Positions 14,770 through 30,165 of a stretch of DNA of 64,000 nucleotides are shown piece after piece (positions within the stretch are counted from its first letter, which is position 1; every line of letters starts with the position of its first letter). The stretch covers positions 1 to 64,000 of the forward strand of contig NGBS01000042.1 in the NCBI GenBank assembly GCA_002245135.1, given 5' to 3'. The translations under genes and the position numbers were made by a program. The notes below the pieces were generated by a model. The model did not search any database. It was given only the letters and a program-made list of their open reading frames with translations, and was not told where the DNA came from. Origin of the DNA: Proteromonas lacertae (lineage: Eukaryota).

Positions 14770-17369
14770 CAGTGTTGTATTTTTCGGTCAAAAAATATAG
14801 GTTTACCTATAGGTCAAAACCTATATCTTTAGCTTGACCTTTACCTTCCTTATACTAACTATTAGTTGACCTCCTATTGAACATGAGTTAAGAAGCATAT
14901 TATCTAACCATATATACAAAATTAATGTTTTATACATCATCTTTCAAATATCAAATTTGACCATCGGTCGATGCACTTTTTATATTACTATTATTTTGAT
15001 CTATTTCTCAATGATGACTCACAATAACATATTATTAACATAATATTAAATTAATTATAGAATAAAAAAAATAAAAGAAAAAAACATCAAGCTTGATGGT
15101 TTGACTAAGTAAATCTTTATTTTTTAAGATTTAGATCATTTAGATGTATAATTACTCAATATTTATAAGACTTTATAATATATAAAACCATAGGGATATT
15201 ACATTACCACCTTTCGCATCGAAAGAAGTTGAGGATTTATACAATAGCGGTATGTTAGAGAAGTTAAATTTTAACTACTCCAAAATGTTTTGGAAAAACA
15301 TGTTAAAAATCAAAGATACTGATTACTGCATATGCTCCCTTTGCAACAAAAAATATAGGTGCAATGTTAGGAACGGGAAGGCTGTGAAATTACATATGGT
15401 TAATGTACATAATTATGAAGAAGTACAAGCCAAAGTCAATTCAGATTCTCTCAACCAAGATCTGTTTAAATTCATAACCTTCAATGCAGTCAGTACCACG
15501 ATATTAGACTCACCAGAATTTAGAAGGTTTTGCTTAAAACTAGGATATACTGTACCTCGAAGAGAGGTTTATAATGATTATTTATTTTCAGAAACTGAGA
15601 AAGTAAGAGTATATTTGTTTAATATTACATACATTAGGAAGAATTAAAGAGGCAATTGAGAGGACAATACGTTTCTTTAACACTCGACGGGTTCAAAAGT
15701 CAAAGCTGTAAGGAATATATTGGAATTAGTTGTGTATACATTGATAATTACATGAAACAATTTACAAATACAATAGGAGTAATTGAAGTAGCAGACGAAT
15801 ATAGTTCAACTCTTTCAGATTTAATAGAAACTGTCAGAGATCATTACAAATTTAATATTATCTCCATAGCAACAGACAATGCACCAAATGTGCTAAAGTG
15901 CGTTAAAAACCTAGAAATTGACAACATCAGATGCTTCTTACATACGTTGCAATTATCTATTAATTCATGTTTGGTTATAGGGGATGAAGTGTCAGAAATA
16001 ATTGAGACATTTGTTAATCTTAGCAAGCAACTTAGAACTGTAACAAATAGAAATAAACTAGATATTGCAGTAGGTACTATAACCATCACTCGATGGAATA
16101 GCATGTATATATTACTTAACAAAATAAATGAAAACAAAAATAAATTGACTCAATACGTGGAAGATCAGAATAAAGAATACCATATAAGAATGGAGAAATA
16201 TAACAAAGACAAAAGAATAGGTATTATTAATATATCAAAGCCTAAAATAGATGCATTGCTTCAATACATTCCAAAATCTTCTTCAAATGATTATAAATAT
16301 TTGAATGATATATTAAATATTTTAAAACCGTTTTATAATCTTACTCTACTTTTAGAGAAAAGAAATATAACATTAGGTATGGCTGTATTAAACGTAAAAA
16401 GAGTATTATATGAAATGAATACAAGTATTTACACAAAAGATTTCAAGGAATATGCTGATAGAATAAAAGAGAGTGTAAATAAGAAATTAAGAATTATTTA
16501 CTCCGAAACTAGAATTCCTTTAATGTGCTGCATTCTCGATCCACGTGTTAAAACATTTATTAAAGAGTCATTAGTAGGGTTTACTGTAGATGAATTTATA
16601 GATGCAAAAAATGCTCTTCACAGTTTACATCAACATAATAGAATAATGAGTGAAGATGAAGAAGAGAATTTGATGGAAGTAGATGAAAATAACGAATTAG
16701 ATAAGTATTTAAATATTCCTTCATCGCACAAAAGAAGAAAAATTATGAGAGAAGAAATAGATTCTTATATAGACTATTCAGAACATTTTAGCACTGGTGA
16801 GAGCTTGTCATCAGTATGGTTACACCTTAAACCCATATTTCCTAAAACATTTGAATTAGCCAGAAAATATTTATGTTGTCAAAGTACATCTTGCGAGTCT
16901 GAGAGAATATTTAGCGAGATTGGGAGAATAAGTAGTTACACAAAATGTAATATTTCATCAGAACATATGGAAGAGAAATTATTAATATCCAGAAATAGAG
17001 ATTTATTATTATAATTACATTAATATTTGTTTTTTATAGATAGTAATCAACATAAATAAATCATAAAAAAAACAAGTGTATAAATATGTTAAATATCACT
17101 ATTGAGTAGTTTGTAGATGAATTTTAATATATTTGTATAGATATTTATACAATTTCAACCAATCTTATTCTAACTATGGTAATCAAAGTAAAACAGGAAG
17201 CAGGAATAATTTTTTATATAGTATGATAGTTGGTATTAAGCAAATGTTACTCAGTATGTAATTAAAATAGATTTTAACAAAATAATGCTCGAGGCTTGAC
17301 CGACCAACGGTCAAAGCTAGATTATAGGTTTTACCTATAACCTATAGGTTACCTATTTATACAACCCTG
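14770..17369 (+). mobile_element. Complete 2.6-kb hAT-superfamily DNA transposon
   Basis: TIRs CAGTGTTGTAT (14770-14780) and ATACAACCCTG (17359-17369; 1 mismatch). 8-bp TSD ATTATTAT at 14762-14769 and 17370-17377. Subterminal ACCTATA/TATAGGT and GGTCAA/TTGACC repeats at both ends. Internal transposase gene. Confidence 0.95.
15252..17014 (+). CDS. hAT transposase, 577 aa after removing a 29-nt intron (15609-15637)
   Basis: BED zinc finger (CSLC...HMVNVH), catalytic motifs LTLDG and IATDNAPN, RCFLHTLQL, TRWNS, ILDPR, and C-terminal STSCESERIFS. The GT..AG intron joins ORFs 15252 and 15656 in frame. Confidence 0.93.
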
Positions 17370-17470
17370 ATTATTATTATTATATATAACCTTAACATAC
17401 AATTCATATATATATATATATATTTGATTTATTTATATTTTTACTACTTAAAAAAATGAAAAATAATTAT

Positions 17471-20400
17471 TTAATATTTCAAACTACAGAAAGCAGCTAC
17501 ACCAGCTTTTATCCACACATCTTGATCAGCCATTCCTTGATCATTTGTAAAATCTTTACGATTTGAAGGAATTTCAATCCACATAATGAAATTTGAAGAA
17601 TGACCAGTTGTTGATAATGTTCCCCAACGACATAAGATCTTATAAACTGGACAACGATATACACCATGATCAGCTGGTAATCGATTTTCCATTGGAACTA
17701 AATGAATTGCAGGCATTTCAGTGTATAATTCTTTTGGTCGAGAATCATCTAATGAATGAGTTTCACCATTCCATCTACATCCTTCTAAATATAATCCACG
17801 AATATAACAACCATCAGCTGGAGCTTTTAAATCTTCCCAATTCTCATCCATCATTTTAAATCCAAATGATACTGTATCGATTGGACAATGATATTTTCGA
17901 GCATAATTTTGTAATGTTCCAGTTAAGAAAGCTTGAGGGAAGAAGAAACCACTGATCCAAAATACATCAGGAATACCATTCTCATACCATTTATTAATAA
18001 ACGATAATCTATCTAATAATTCTTGAACCCAGGCACTTAACGGTTTTAAGGAAGGATAACTATGCATTTCCCACATCTTTGGAACCCATTGATTATATAA
18101 ACTATTACCCATATCTTCTAATTCACCACTCATAACTACTAAACCTTTTATTGCTTTCTTTAACTCGGGTAATGTTCGTTTCATTTCAGCTAATAACTTG
18201 TTATATCGAATACATTCTTGAACTAATACAGTATTCATTGATTCTTCATATCTTAATGGATATTTCATTTGAACAGCTTCTACATCGATTAATGGTGGTA
18301 ATTGATTCTCTATTGTAGCAGAAATCTGTAATAATTGATCATCTCGACTCATACCACCACCACCTGAGCTTTTAGGTTGTAAAACTAAGATTGTATTGAA
18401 TAATTCATAAGTTTCAGATTCAGCACATGTAATATTAGCATTAGCATGCATTCCAAATACTTCTGGTTCAGGATTGATTGGTAAACTTTCTATATATGTC
18501 ATATATGCTTGATGTGGAGTATCTTCATCAATTGGAATTGAATAATAAATTCCACTTTCACTGAAACTATAATCATCTCTCATTATATCAGGACAGAATA
18601 ATTCTCTCAATAATACATCGATTGTTCTTAAATCAATGTAATCTGTTACTCTTCCACCATAGTTAATATATGATACTAATGTATTCAACACTTTGTATGG
18701 AACTTCTTCATATTTATCTAAGAACAGTTCTAATTGAGATTTGGAAATATCAAAATCACTGTCATTAAATTCATATTGTTTGTTCCAACCTAATGGACCA
18801 TATTTACGTCTTTCTTGAATTGTGGCATGGAAGAAACTTAATGCAAATAATAATTTCATATATGCTTTTGGTTTGGAAGTAATTTGTAATTTTTCATCAT
18901 CTAATTTGTAATAAGTATTCAATAGATTGGATCTTAATCCTTTAGGTGGTTCCATTGTCATTTTAATACCATTTTGTAATATTGAAACAGGGAAATCTTT
19001 ACTAGGCATTGAACTTAACCATAATCTGAAATCTTTATGTGTGTTTTCAGGATCTATTTCATTCACTATTCTTTCTAAGGTTGTCATCCAACTAATGTAT
19101 AAATGGCAATTTTGTAAATAAATCCATAAACCTTTATTCACACCTTCTTTGATCATTTCTGAAGCAATTTCTCCTTGACCTTGTCCTAATGATAAACCTT
19201 TTGCTTTATTACCCATTCTCATTTGACGAGCATAATCATAAAACATCTTTGTAGGATCACTACCAGTTGTTAATACAAATATAAGTGGAGTTTTAGTGTT
19301 TGATTCTTCATAACATGCTTGTAAATCGAATGGTGGTGGTTGTACAAACTCAATACCTTGATGTTCAATAACATAATTCTGTACAGCTTCAGATATCTTA
19401 TCTGGTCTTAAACAACGTAATACACACATCTTTTGCAAACTATTCAATGATTCATTCCATTTACCAGGTAATGGTTCAGTTTGTGGTTTATCTGAATCAA
19501 ATATAGCTTTCCATTCATCACAATGATTTGCGAAATCTGTATCAAAACCTTCAAATACAGTTAAACCTGATAAATTCTGTATTTCCTTCCAAGCTCTATC
19601 TACTAACCAACTAGCTGCTGGATTTTCAGAATCTCTTTTACCACTGCTAATACCACTCAATAAGAATCTCCATTCTTCTTCATTAATTAAACCTTTACCT
19701 TGTAACATTCTAATACATAATATAAATGAAAACATAAGCTTATGTTTCTCGAATAAAGATCTACAAATATTTCTATACAACATCTTTGTAAATGTTGCTT
19801 TCAAATTCTCCAATCTCTTATCTATCTCTGCAGATGGTTCAGCTTTTGATAAAGCTTGTCTAAACAAGCCTTGGAAGAATGTCAAACTGTATTGATACAT
19901 AGGATCTGCATTAGCTAAATCAGCAATAGCGAAGAATAGAATAGAACCACGATTAGCTACAGGTCTGTACATTTCTCTAGTCTGATCGATTTCTTTCTCA
20001 GTCTTTTCAGCTTCTTCTACTTGAGTATTGATTTCAGTGGATGTTTTCTTAGCAGTATCTAATGTATTAATCAACTCAATATCATCCAATATATTACCAG
20101 AGGAGTTTGATAAATTAGCAAGCATCTTAGCTTCAATATCTTGTAAATCTTTTCTCATCTTTGCACTTGATACAATTAATGCATTCTTCTTTTCTTCTAA
20201 TTCAGGCATTTCACTTCGTACAACATCTCCTAATAATTGATCTTCTAAACCAACTGGTGTAATGGTGAAGTTCAATAATGTCACTTTCACACATACTTCT
20301 GGTGGATAGTGAGGATTTGGTAATTTTGTAGTCATAAAGAATCTAAATTGATCATTCCATGGTATGGTTGAATCTCCTACTTTAATCATCATTGTTCCAC

Positions 20401-23400
20401 CTTGCATGAACTTCTGTTGTTGTAATAATGGTTCTATTGAAGCTTCAATTGCTTCTAATATATTTTCTAGTAAAACCCATCTACCGAATCTTACACCATT
20501 TTCTAATACACGATTCTTATTCTCATCAGTAGCTTTACAAATATCAATACCATTAACAGCAAAAGCAGTATCTTTACCCATGTTTCTAATGAATAGATTA
20601 GCTTGTCCTTGTGGATCAATGAATAGTGGATATCTTCTAGCATTGTCCATGATTAAACCATTCTCAATAGAGTGATTATCACTAGGTAAACCAAATATTT
20701 GCCATCTTCTTGTCAATACTGGATCATTTAATGTAGAAACGATATTACAACCATCTGTATGAGGAATATTATGGGTTTTCAAGTGATTGTGTAATAAATC
20801 AACTATATTGTGTCTAAAATCAGGTGTAAATGCTCCTAAATATGCAATGGTTGCACCCGAGATTAAAGCATCACCAATTAAATAATTGAATTGAATACCA
20901 CAGTTTTCTATTGTTTCAATCCATCTCTTCTTTTCACCGCCTAATCCTCCAGTCAATGTTTCAGCTCTTTGTAATCTTCCTACACATAATGCAACATCAG
21001 CTGCTAATTTCTCTTTCTTATCAACAGATGCTTGATATGATGCTTCTAAATCTGCAATACTCTTATTAACCGCATCTAAGGATGCTTTGGTTATAGCTAA
21101 ACTCTTTAATGATTCTTCTAATACAGATTTAGCTTCAGCTAATTTAATTCTCTTTGGTTCTACTTCCTTGTTGATTAAATGGAAGGAATACATAGCTCTG
21201 ACCCACAAACAAATAGCTTTACAAGCTTTAGATACTTTCTCTACTCTCTCAGGTTGGAACTCAGGATCTACCATAAATGGTTCAATCTTTGTAATACGTG
21301 ATTCTTCAATATGTTCTTTATCAAAGTTCATTAAATCAGATAATAATTTATTTGGATTACTCAATAATTCTTTCTTTGAAGTTTCGAAATAATCTTCAAT
21401 CTTCTTACCAATATTATCTGGATCTGGTTTCATTACTGGTTTTAAACCAAACATCATACAACAACATTTCAATGTTAATTTCACACCTTCTGGTGGTCTA
21501 CCCATAGCTCTGACTTCATCTAAATCTGCTTTCTTTAATTCTTTTAGACATTCTACAGCTTTTTCTAAAGCAGGTAATGCTGCTGCTAAATCTCTTTCTG
21601 CATCATCTGCAATTTCTTGTGTAATTCTTGCCTTTTCATTAGATTCAGCTTCTTCTTTTTCTACGACTTTCTTCTTCTCACTGGCTACTTTCTTATCTTT
21701 TTCTAATTTGACAATCATCTCATCGACTTCTACTTGTGTTGCTTCTAATTTTGGTTTCATTTCATTAATTTGTATTTGTAAACTGGCAATCTGTTGTTCT
21801 GCATCTTTCATCTTATTCACACCAGTAGACAATCTATTTCTCAAAGTATCAACTTCCTTTCTCTTTGCTTTCAATACAGTCTTATAAGTAGATAATAATT
21901 CTAAGAAACTAGTTGGTGTAACGTAATTATGTCTCCTCATTACTTCCAAGTATCTTTCTGATTCTTTAGCGACAGTCATATGACAGAATTTGAAGAAATC
22001 AACCATAGCTGGTAAATGTTCACCAAATCCTAAATCTTCTTCAGTCATACTAGTTTGTGCCACAGTTTCTAAAGCTTCATCTGGCCAATCAGTGAACCAA
22101 TCAATTGTACAATTATTAGACAATGATGGGAACATACGTAATCTACTACGGAAAACAGTACCAATAGGACTCATACATAATACCATGTGAATATTCTGTT
22201 TAACTCTAAGGATGTATTGTGCAAATATATTTAACTTTGTTGGAACTATATTCTTCTTTTGACAATCGACTCTGCATGTTGTTAATATATCATCCATCTC
22301 ATCAGGACCATACAAGTTAGGAATATCACCACCATTCAATATATTATTCACATCTTCTAACATAGATTCAAACACAATCTGTGTATCTACAAATAAGAAA
22401 ACTGTTGGTTTTTGTTTCAAACCAGCTTGTAATAAACATTTCTTTACATCATCTCTCCAATTATCTTTTCTATATTCTTTAGAAACTTCAATCTGGAACA
22501 TCTCATAATCAGCCATAAATGTTGCTAATCTTGTCAATGATTGTCTTCCACTACCACCTACACCTAGTAATAAAGCATTACCTTCTGGTTGACGAATGAT
22601 TCTACTGACTCTTGAAACATGTTCTACAGCATCCATAAACAATACTAAATTCATTGCTGGCTTCTTCTCCATATTATAATCATTCAAATATTCTTCCACT
22701 GTTGGTACTAATTGAGTAATATCTTTCACTTCTTCATATATTCTTGGATCTGCACCAGGAACCATGAAATCACAGCAGAATAAACGTTTTGGTATAATTT
22801 CTGCTGGTTTCATCTTGAATATTGTCTTTACTTTTGTGTTTAATGTATTATTAAACCAAGTTCTATCTTCATCATTAATCAATCTATCAGCAAATACACG
22901 ACGACATTCGTGGAACCATACTCTTACAATTTGTTCAGCTGACTCTGTATGTCCTGGAACAATCATCAATATACCTTGTACAACTTTAGACAAATCTCTC
23001 AAGTTGAATGTATAATGTGTTCTAGCTGGAGTTGGTAATAATGTTGCGACTGTCTCTGTATATACTTCAATAGAAGCACGAACCAAACCTTTAGCTTGTT
23101 TACGAATATCTTCATTAAAGGAAGACAAGAAATTGGATAGAATAGTGTAGAAGATTTCATACATAGATCCATATTGCATATCAGTGAATGATATAATATT
23201 GAAATGTCTAAAGAAACGAGGAGTAACTGGATTTCTACCACCACCTGGAGGACCACAAGCTAATGCCATTGTTGAATCAATAATCTGTTTAAATGTTAAA
23301 GTTCCTCTATCATACCAACCACCTGTACATAACCATTGTCTTAATAATTCAATTGGTGGTTGAGCAAAGAATTCTTCTCTTTGTGGCATATTCACATCAT

Positions 23401-26400
23401 CAACAAATATAATGAATCTCTTACCAGCTGGAGGACCATAAATACCTTTTCTTCTCTTTTCACATTTACTATCAATAATATCTTGTGTTTGATTTGCACT
23501 AGTTTGAGCTGAGAATGTAAAAGCTAATGGAACGAATTTATCAGGCATTCCTGTCTGTAAATGCATATTAATGATTGCACTCTTACCAGTACCAGTTGGA
23601 CCAGTCATCAATACGTGTTTATCGTGTAATAGTAATAAGTTCAATAAGTATGTATATCTGGCTGTATCTAATGTTGGAATTAACATTTCACTGAATGATA
23701 GACGAGGATTCCATTTGTATACATCTTCTGGATTCTTCCATGGTAACCATTCTCCACTTTCTAAATCAAATCGATAATCATAAATCAATCCTTTCTCTGG
23801 AATTGGACAACCCATTCCTGAATTAGCTAATTCATTTCTCAAATAACGATCAAATCTTAATCTTCCATTGTAATCTACTGTACAACATAATGACCATATT
23901 AATGCGAATATAAACAATGGATCTAAGAAACTGAGTAGATGATCAATCTTATCTTTTGGTATATCACTTCCTTCTTTCTTTTGGAATGCTGCAAAGAAAC
24001 AATCTAATATTCTCACCAAACTTCCAGTTAAATTATTATCAACTGATTCTACTGGTTCTTTTAAGTATTTACGTAAGAATATCAATGTTGTTGGTACATA
24101 CATATCAAATGCAGCTTGTAATTTACACTTGTGTTCTACTCCAATTGCTTCAGGTAAACTCTCTAACCAACTTCTAAATGGAGGATCTAATCCCAAGTTA
24201 TTTGGTTCCATATAAATCATACCACATCTACTAACAGTGGCTGGTGATGCTACAGCTAAATCTGCAGGTTCAAACATCATAGTCATCTCAGGACTTAATG
24301 CAATAATTTCACCACTATTTAAACACAATTTCTTATTATCATCTAACACTGTATTCATTGATTCAATCCATAATGTATCAACTGGACCATCAAATAATAC
24401 CCATTTCAAATCAGGAGAACCTTCTTTCACACATAGACGGATAATATTAGCTAAAATACCATCTCTCCACTCGTGAGTATTAATATCAAATTCACCATAT
24501 AATTGGCCCATAGTAATTGATTTAGGATTCAAATGTTTAATTTGTACTCTTTCATATCTATTACCTTGAACTTCACATTCTTTCAGATGAGTTAAAGCTT
24601 CAGCTAATACATTGATATTACTAGTTTTACCACTACCAGTTGGACCAACCACCATTAAACCATGACGGACAATAATCATTTCATATAATTGAATACATTT
24701 TTCTAAGAAATATGGAGTTGGTTGTAACTTTCTTCTTTCAGCCATTAATTTCATACCTCTTAATAATGAACCATAATCAATCTCAGGCTTGGATTTACCA
24801 GGGAATAAATCAGACATAATACCTCTAAATAAAGGTAAATCTTGAGCTAAGAACTTTGGTAAGTTTACATCCATTAAACCTCTTAACATAAGTACTTCTT
24901 CATCCATATGAGGATATTCTCTCTTTAAGTTACCAGCTGCAGTAATAACAGTCTTTACAGCTCTCATACCATAATCGTAGTGATCTTGAGATGATAATTG
25001 TTCTGAACATAGTTTGAATGTAGCAACCATCTTCTGTGCACATTGTCTAGCATTTTCATAACCATAAGCAAACAACATAATTTCACCAATTAAGGCATAA
25101 TCGGGTACCATCATAGCGACTGGTCTAAATAATGCTTTTAAATTATCAGGTAATTCAGTACGACCAGCATAACCAGGATTCATGGTAATAAATACAGCAA
25201 ATTGATCAGATAATGGAATTTCTCTATCTTCAAAGTAGATTCTAGTTTTACCTTCTTGTACACCTTGTTGAATGGTTAATATTTGTTGAGCAATAACAGA
25301 TAACACTTCAATTAAAATACGGTTGAACTCATCAAAGCAAGCCCAAGCACCACAAGCGGCTAAACCTTTGAAGAATTTACCAGTCATCTTGTAATCCATA
25401 GAATCTGAGCAGTTAAACACAATACATTGTTTAGCTAAAGCTTTAGCTAAATCCTTAGTAGTTTCTGTCTTACCAGTACCAGCAGGACCAGCTGGAGAAC
25501 CACCTAAAATCATTTGTAAAGCACCCATCAATGTCAAATAACACTTATCTGTTAATGGTGTAATAACCAATCTAAAACTATTACCTAAATATTCATAACC
25601 ATAAGGTCTTCTTGATATAACCATCTCAGCAAACATATCACCTTGTAAACCTTCACCAATCCAATAATATCTCAATTGGGACATCCATAAGAAATCACCA
25701 GCTTCACTAACACCAGCATCAACCATATTCTTAGTTACATCTCTTGCATGTACATCAATAACAGCTAATGCACCAATTGTAATACGAGCTAAGTTTGATA
25801 ATTCACCTTGAACTAAACTAACCATGACTTCTAATTGTTTTAATTGTTTTTCATAATTATCTTTAATACCTTTATTACCTTTAGTTTTCAATGCTTCTTC
25901 AATTTCTCTTGTCCAATGAACTTGAGAGCAGTTTAATACACATTGTCCTGGCCATTTCTGCATCCATTGACCTCTTGGAATGACTAAATAATCACAGATT
26001 GCATCCCAACATTCATGTTTTACACAGTTCTTCATAGCTGTTTCTAATTCTCCCATCCAATATTCGACATTCTTACCTTTTGGATTAATTGGAGCTAAGA
26101 ATTGTAATGTTTCTTTTTCAGCTGAATGCATTTCAGTAATAGTTAAATCTTCTTCAAATGTAACTCTTTGTATAGCTTCAAAACATTTTCTTAAATGAGG
26201 TTGTACTCTTGTTGGATCTTTTGTTTGAGATAAGATTTCTAATAATTCATCATTTGATAAGAAATAGAATCTTGCAAATGCACTTCTTTTAGTTTCTAAA
26301 TAGTTTGTCAAACCTTTCTGGACTAAATCTAATAATTTATTAGATTCTTGGAACTTTTCTAATAATGGTCTGCTATTAGCAAATTTGATTGGTGCAGGAT

Positions 26401-29400
26401 TTGATTTTGCAGATTTCATAGTCTGTCTCCAGTTCTTATCCACTGTTCCAAATCTTTTACCTTCTGTTGGTAATTGTTTATTAATATCAGGTGAATCAAA
26501 GATAGGTTGTAAATATAACCAATTTCTTTGTACTTGTATCCATTCATCAAATACATCACTCACTAAGGCTAATGTTTCATTCCATTTGTTAATTCTATCT
26601 TCAAATGGAGCTTTGTATGTAGAGAATGTCATTACTTGAGTCATTGTGATTTGTGCATCTAATATCTGTAATATTTCATCAACACCTCTCAAAATAAAAG
26701 TACCAGTATCTTTATAAGCAGATATATCCATCTCCAATTCTTCCCATTGTTCTTCCATCTCATCTAATGATTTCTTAATATCATTTTCTTTACCAGCTTT
26801 CTCACCAACTGTAATAATAACAGATTCATGTTCTTTTAAGTTTAATCTAAATACATCAGATAATGTAAAGTTAGCATCAGGATGTAAGTTAATACCACAT
26901 TCATTAGATATTTCATCCCAATGACGATCTTCCATACCTGGAGTTCTTAATGCTGTAATTAATGGACAATATGGAGCAAAATCAGATACTTCTTTCTTAA
27001 TATTTGCAGCAATATCTAAACAACCTTCTACATTTTGAGAATTGAATGCTTTGTAGGCTTTTGATAGATCTTTTTGTAATCTTTCAACTAATGTATTGAT
27101 TTGTTCAGCATCTAAACTTAAGAATGAATCTTCCATCCATTGCTTATGATACTTTTGCCAATCATCAACAGATTCCCATAATAATCGATAAGGTTCGAAA
27201 TTCTTTTCAATTCTTCTAACATCATCATAATCAGTTACTGGTTTATTGAATAAACCTTCTCTGCTATTGAATAATCTAGCTTTAGCATTAGCATCATCTA
27301 ATTTAGCTTTAATTGTTCTAATATGTTGAGAAACTTGAGCTACATGTTCAATATTAGTGAATTTCTTTAACTCTCTCACTTCAGCATCAATTGCTTTCAA
27401 TTGTTCAACAAATTCTTCTTCTTCTTCTTCTAAATCTGTAGAGAATTTCTCTTTGATTGTGACTAGATCTTCAGTTACTTTTGCTACTTTATCCATAATT
27501 CTCTTTGGCCAACCTACTACATCCCATTCCATTTCAAAATCTGAATATTTCATCTTATATTGGAAATCTAATAACACTTCATAGTTCATTGCTACTCTAT
27601 CAGCTGTTTCACTCAAATCTTTCAATTGTTGTGGAATAGTTGTAATATATTCTTCTAATTGAACTAAATGTTCAATATCTTCAGGTGTATGGTTCAATTC
27701 TTTTAATATCTTCTCATACAAGTTGAATAATGCTGATGCAGCTTCAAAACTCTTCTTATTCAAGATATCTAATATCTTTTGCTTTAATTTCTGATGTTTT
27801 GCTGATAAAGCTGTCTTAACTTGACTTGTATTGATTGTACACATTCCTACAACGATTGTATTAGGCATCATATTGGATATTTCCATAAATTCTTTCTCAT
27901 GATGATCAGCTAATTCATTCATTTCAACTACCAATGAGAATATATCATTATGTTTAGCAATAATATCATTTAAATACTTCTCAGGATCCATTCTAATAAA
28001 TTCTAAGAATCGATCATAACTTGCTAAATATTCTTCTAATGGTATTAAGTTATTATCTAATGCAGTTTGTAACTTTGTTTTTAATTCAGTTACCCATGGT
28101 TCATTGACTTGTACTGCTGCTAATAATGGAGTTTTACTCCAGAATAATCTGTCCATAATTAATCTATCAATTGATGTATATTCTGTCAAGGATTTTAATG
28201 CTTTTTCTAATACTACAATTGGAGTTAAAGCTAACATCTTTATATCAGTTGAATATTTGAATACTGTTTCATCACCACTTCCTGCTAATACCATATCTAT
28301 TGAATAGAAAGCTGGTCTTCTCATAGTATGTGGAGGAGGATCAACATGATATACATTCTCTACTTTACTATAATCATGAACTTGTGTTTCTATATCTACT
28401 ACTTGTAATAAATCATCAACATATGCTCTTAAGGATGCTTCAGTCATATTACGTAATGAATCTTGCATGATGAACTTGCAGACTTTAAAGAATTTGGATA
28501 ATTTACCTAATAAATAAACTTCAGTATTATCTTCTTTTAAATTGAACCAACCTTTACCTGCATTCTTTAATACTTCAACTACTAATGCTTTGACTGTAGG
28601 AATCCAAACATCAGCTAAATAATTATTTGTATCATTTAATGCTTTGGCTTGAGTTGTATCAAACTCTTCTAATCTTAATGATTTAGCAACCTTTGTTTTG
28701 AATAATGATAATTGTTCAATCTTTAAACATTCATTCATTGTAATAGTAAATCCATCAATTACTTGATTCTTAGTGTATAATGAATTGAATGAAAATTCAC
28801 TAAATCTTTCACTAAATTTATATGGTGGAATAACAATAGTTCCTTGAAAGGGAACTGGTTTTTCAGGTTCTGGAGGCGGTAATCTCAATGGTGGATAAAC
28901 ATCAGTACATGTATTCCTATCAAATATAATCTTATTCATAGCTCTAGCATATGATAAATTGATTTCATTTAATATAATATTTGTACTTGATGAAGCTGTT
29001 GATTTAAGTGATGGTGTAGACAATGCAGTTTCTAGAACTCTATTGATTTGCTCAGTATCCAAAGTAGGTAAATCATCTATTGGCATACTATCTATATATA
29101 AATGGTATCTTAATAAATCAGCAGCTTCTTTACGTTCCTTATGTGCATGAGCAACTCTTTGAGCAAATACACGAGGATCTTCTGATAAGAATAATAAATT
29201 TAATCTATAGACTGGTACAAGTTCTTTTGTTGCATCTATTTCTACTGTATATTGATCTGTTTCATGGTCAAAACTTTTTACCAAACATGACATCCATTGA
29301 CCTGCACCATTACTTTCTTTTATGAGTGCTTTAGCTGGAACACCTTTTACTTCACCATCTACTGCACCTAGTTCTAACCACTCTTCTGGCGATCCTCGAC

Positions 29401-29946
29401 AATCATATTCTGTATTATCGAATATTTCTAATGGTAATTTACTATATAATTCGTATGGATCTTCTGGTAAGGATGTATCTATTTCCAATTCTTTTAGTAA
29501 TTCATCTATATCCATAGCTGTATATTGTCTTCTTTTTCTTTCAATTTCAATCTCTCTTGGCACTTGTCCTGGTTCTGTTTCGTATGGTAACGAAACTTTC
29601 GGTAAATATGCTGTTGGAGGTATTGGATTATCTGGTTCTTTGTATGTTCTGCTTTTTGATGTTGTATTACCCATAAACGTGTTTGCAAATGAATCAGCAA
29701 ACGGTAAATATTGTGATTTAGTTATATAAGATGAGGGACCGTTAAGTGCACTCTATGACATAGATTATATAAATAAATGCAATAATATATTCATACAGAT
29801 GTTGCTGCACCACTAACTAATTCACTAAAAATACCTCTTTGTTTAGTTTGAGACATATTCATTGTTGAGTCTAGATTAGACTTACTTTTATTTAACTAAA
29901 AAATATATTATATTCTCATCGATACTTGACTTTGCGATTGTGACAT
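17471..29946 (-). CDS. DNAH1: Axonemal inner-arm dynein heavy chain (DNAH1-like); exons 29946-29926, 29895-29797, 29752-17471
   Basis: 4067-aa ORF with P-loops GPAGTGKT, GPTGSGKT, GPTGTGKS and GVGGSGRQS, a stalk coiled coil, and DNAH1-type N-terminus (PGQVPREIEIERKRRQY). Two phase-0 introns (30 and 44 nt) extend the frame to ATG 29946. Confidence 0.92.
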
Positions 29947-30165
29947 AAATCAAAAACGATATTTTTTTAAAATGAAATTGAAACCGTTTTATAAATAATA
30001 AGAGGATTTGAAAATCACTATACATGCAATTATTTTATTTTTCTTTTTTCTTACGATTGAAAAGTAGTATTAGTGTAATTTACCAATATACAACAGCAAT
30101 TAATAGAAATAATGATAATAAGCTGATTAATTTTAAACAATGACTTAAAAAAAATGATAAAATAT

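Noticed and set aside
17370..17425. (ATT)n and (TA)n tracts, also at ~33978, ~45110 and ~45252
   Set aside because: Ordinary microsatellites in AT-rich spacers and introns.
17593..29729. Many short plus-strand ORFs antisense to the dynein gene (and similar ones antisense to ABCB and other genes)
   Set aside because: Shadow ORFs caused by codon bias; no recognisable motifs.
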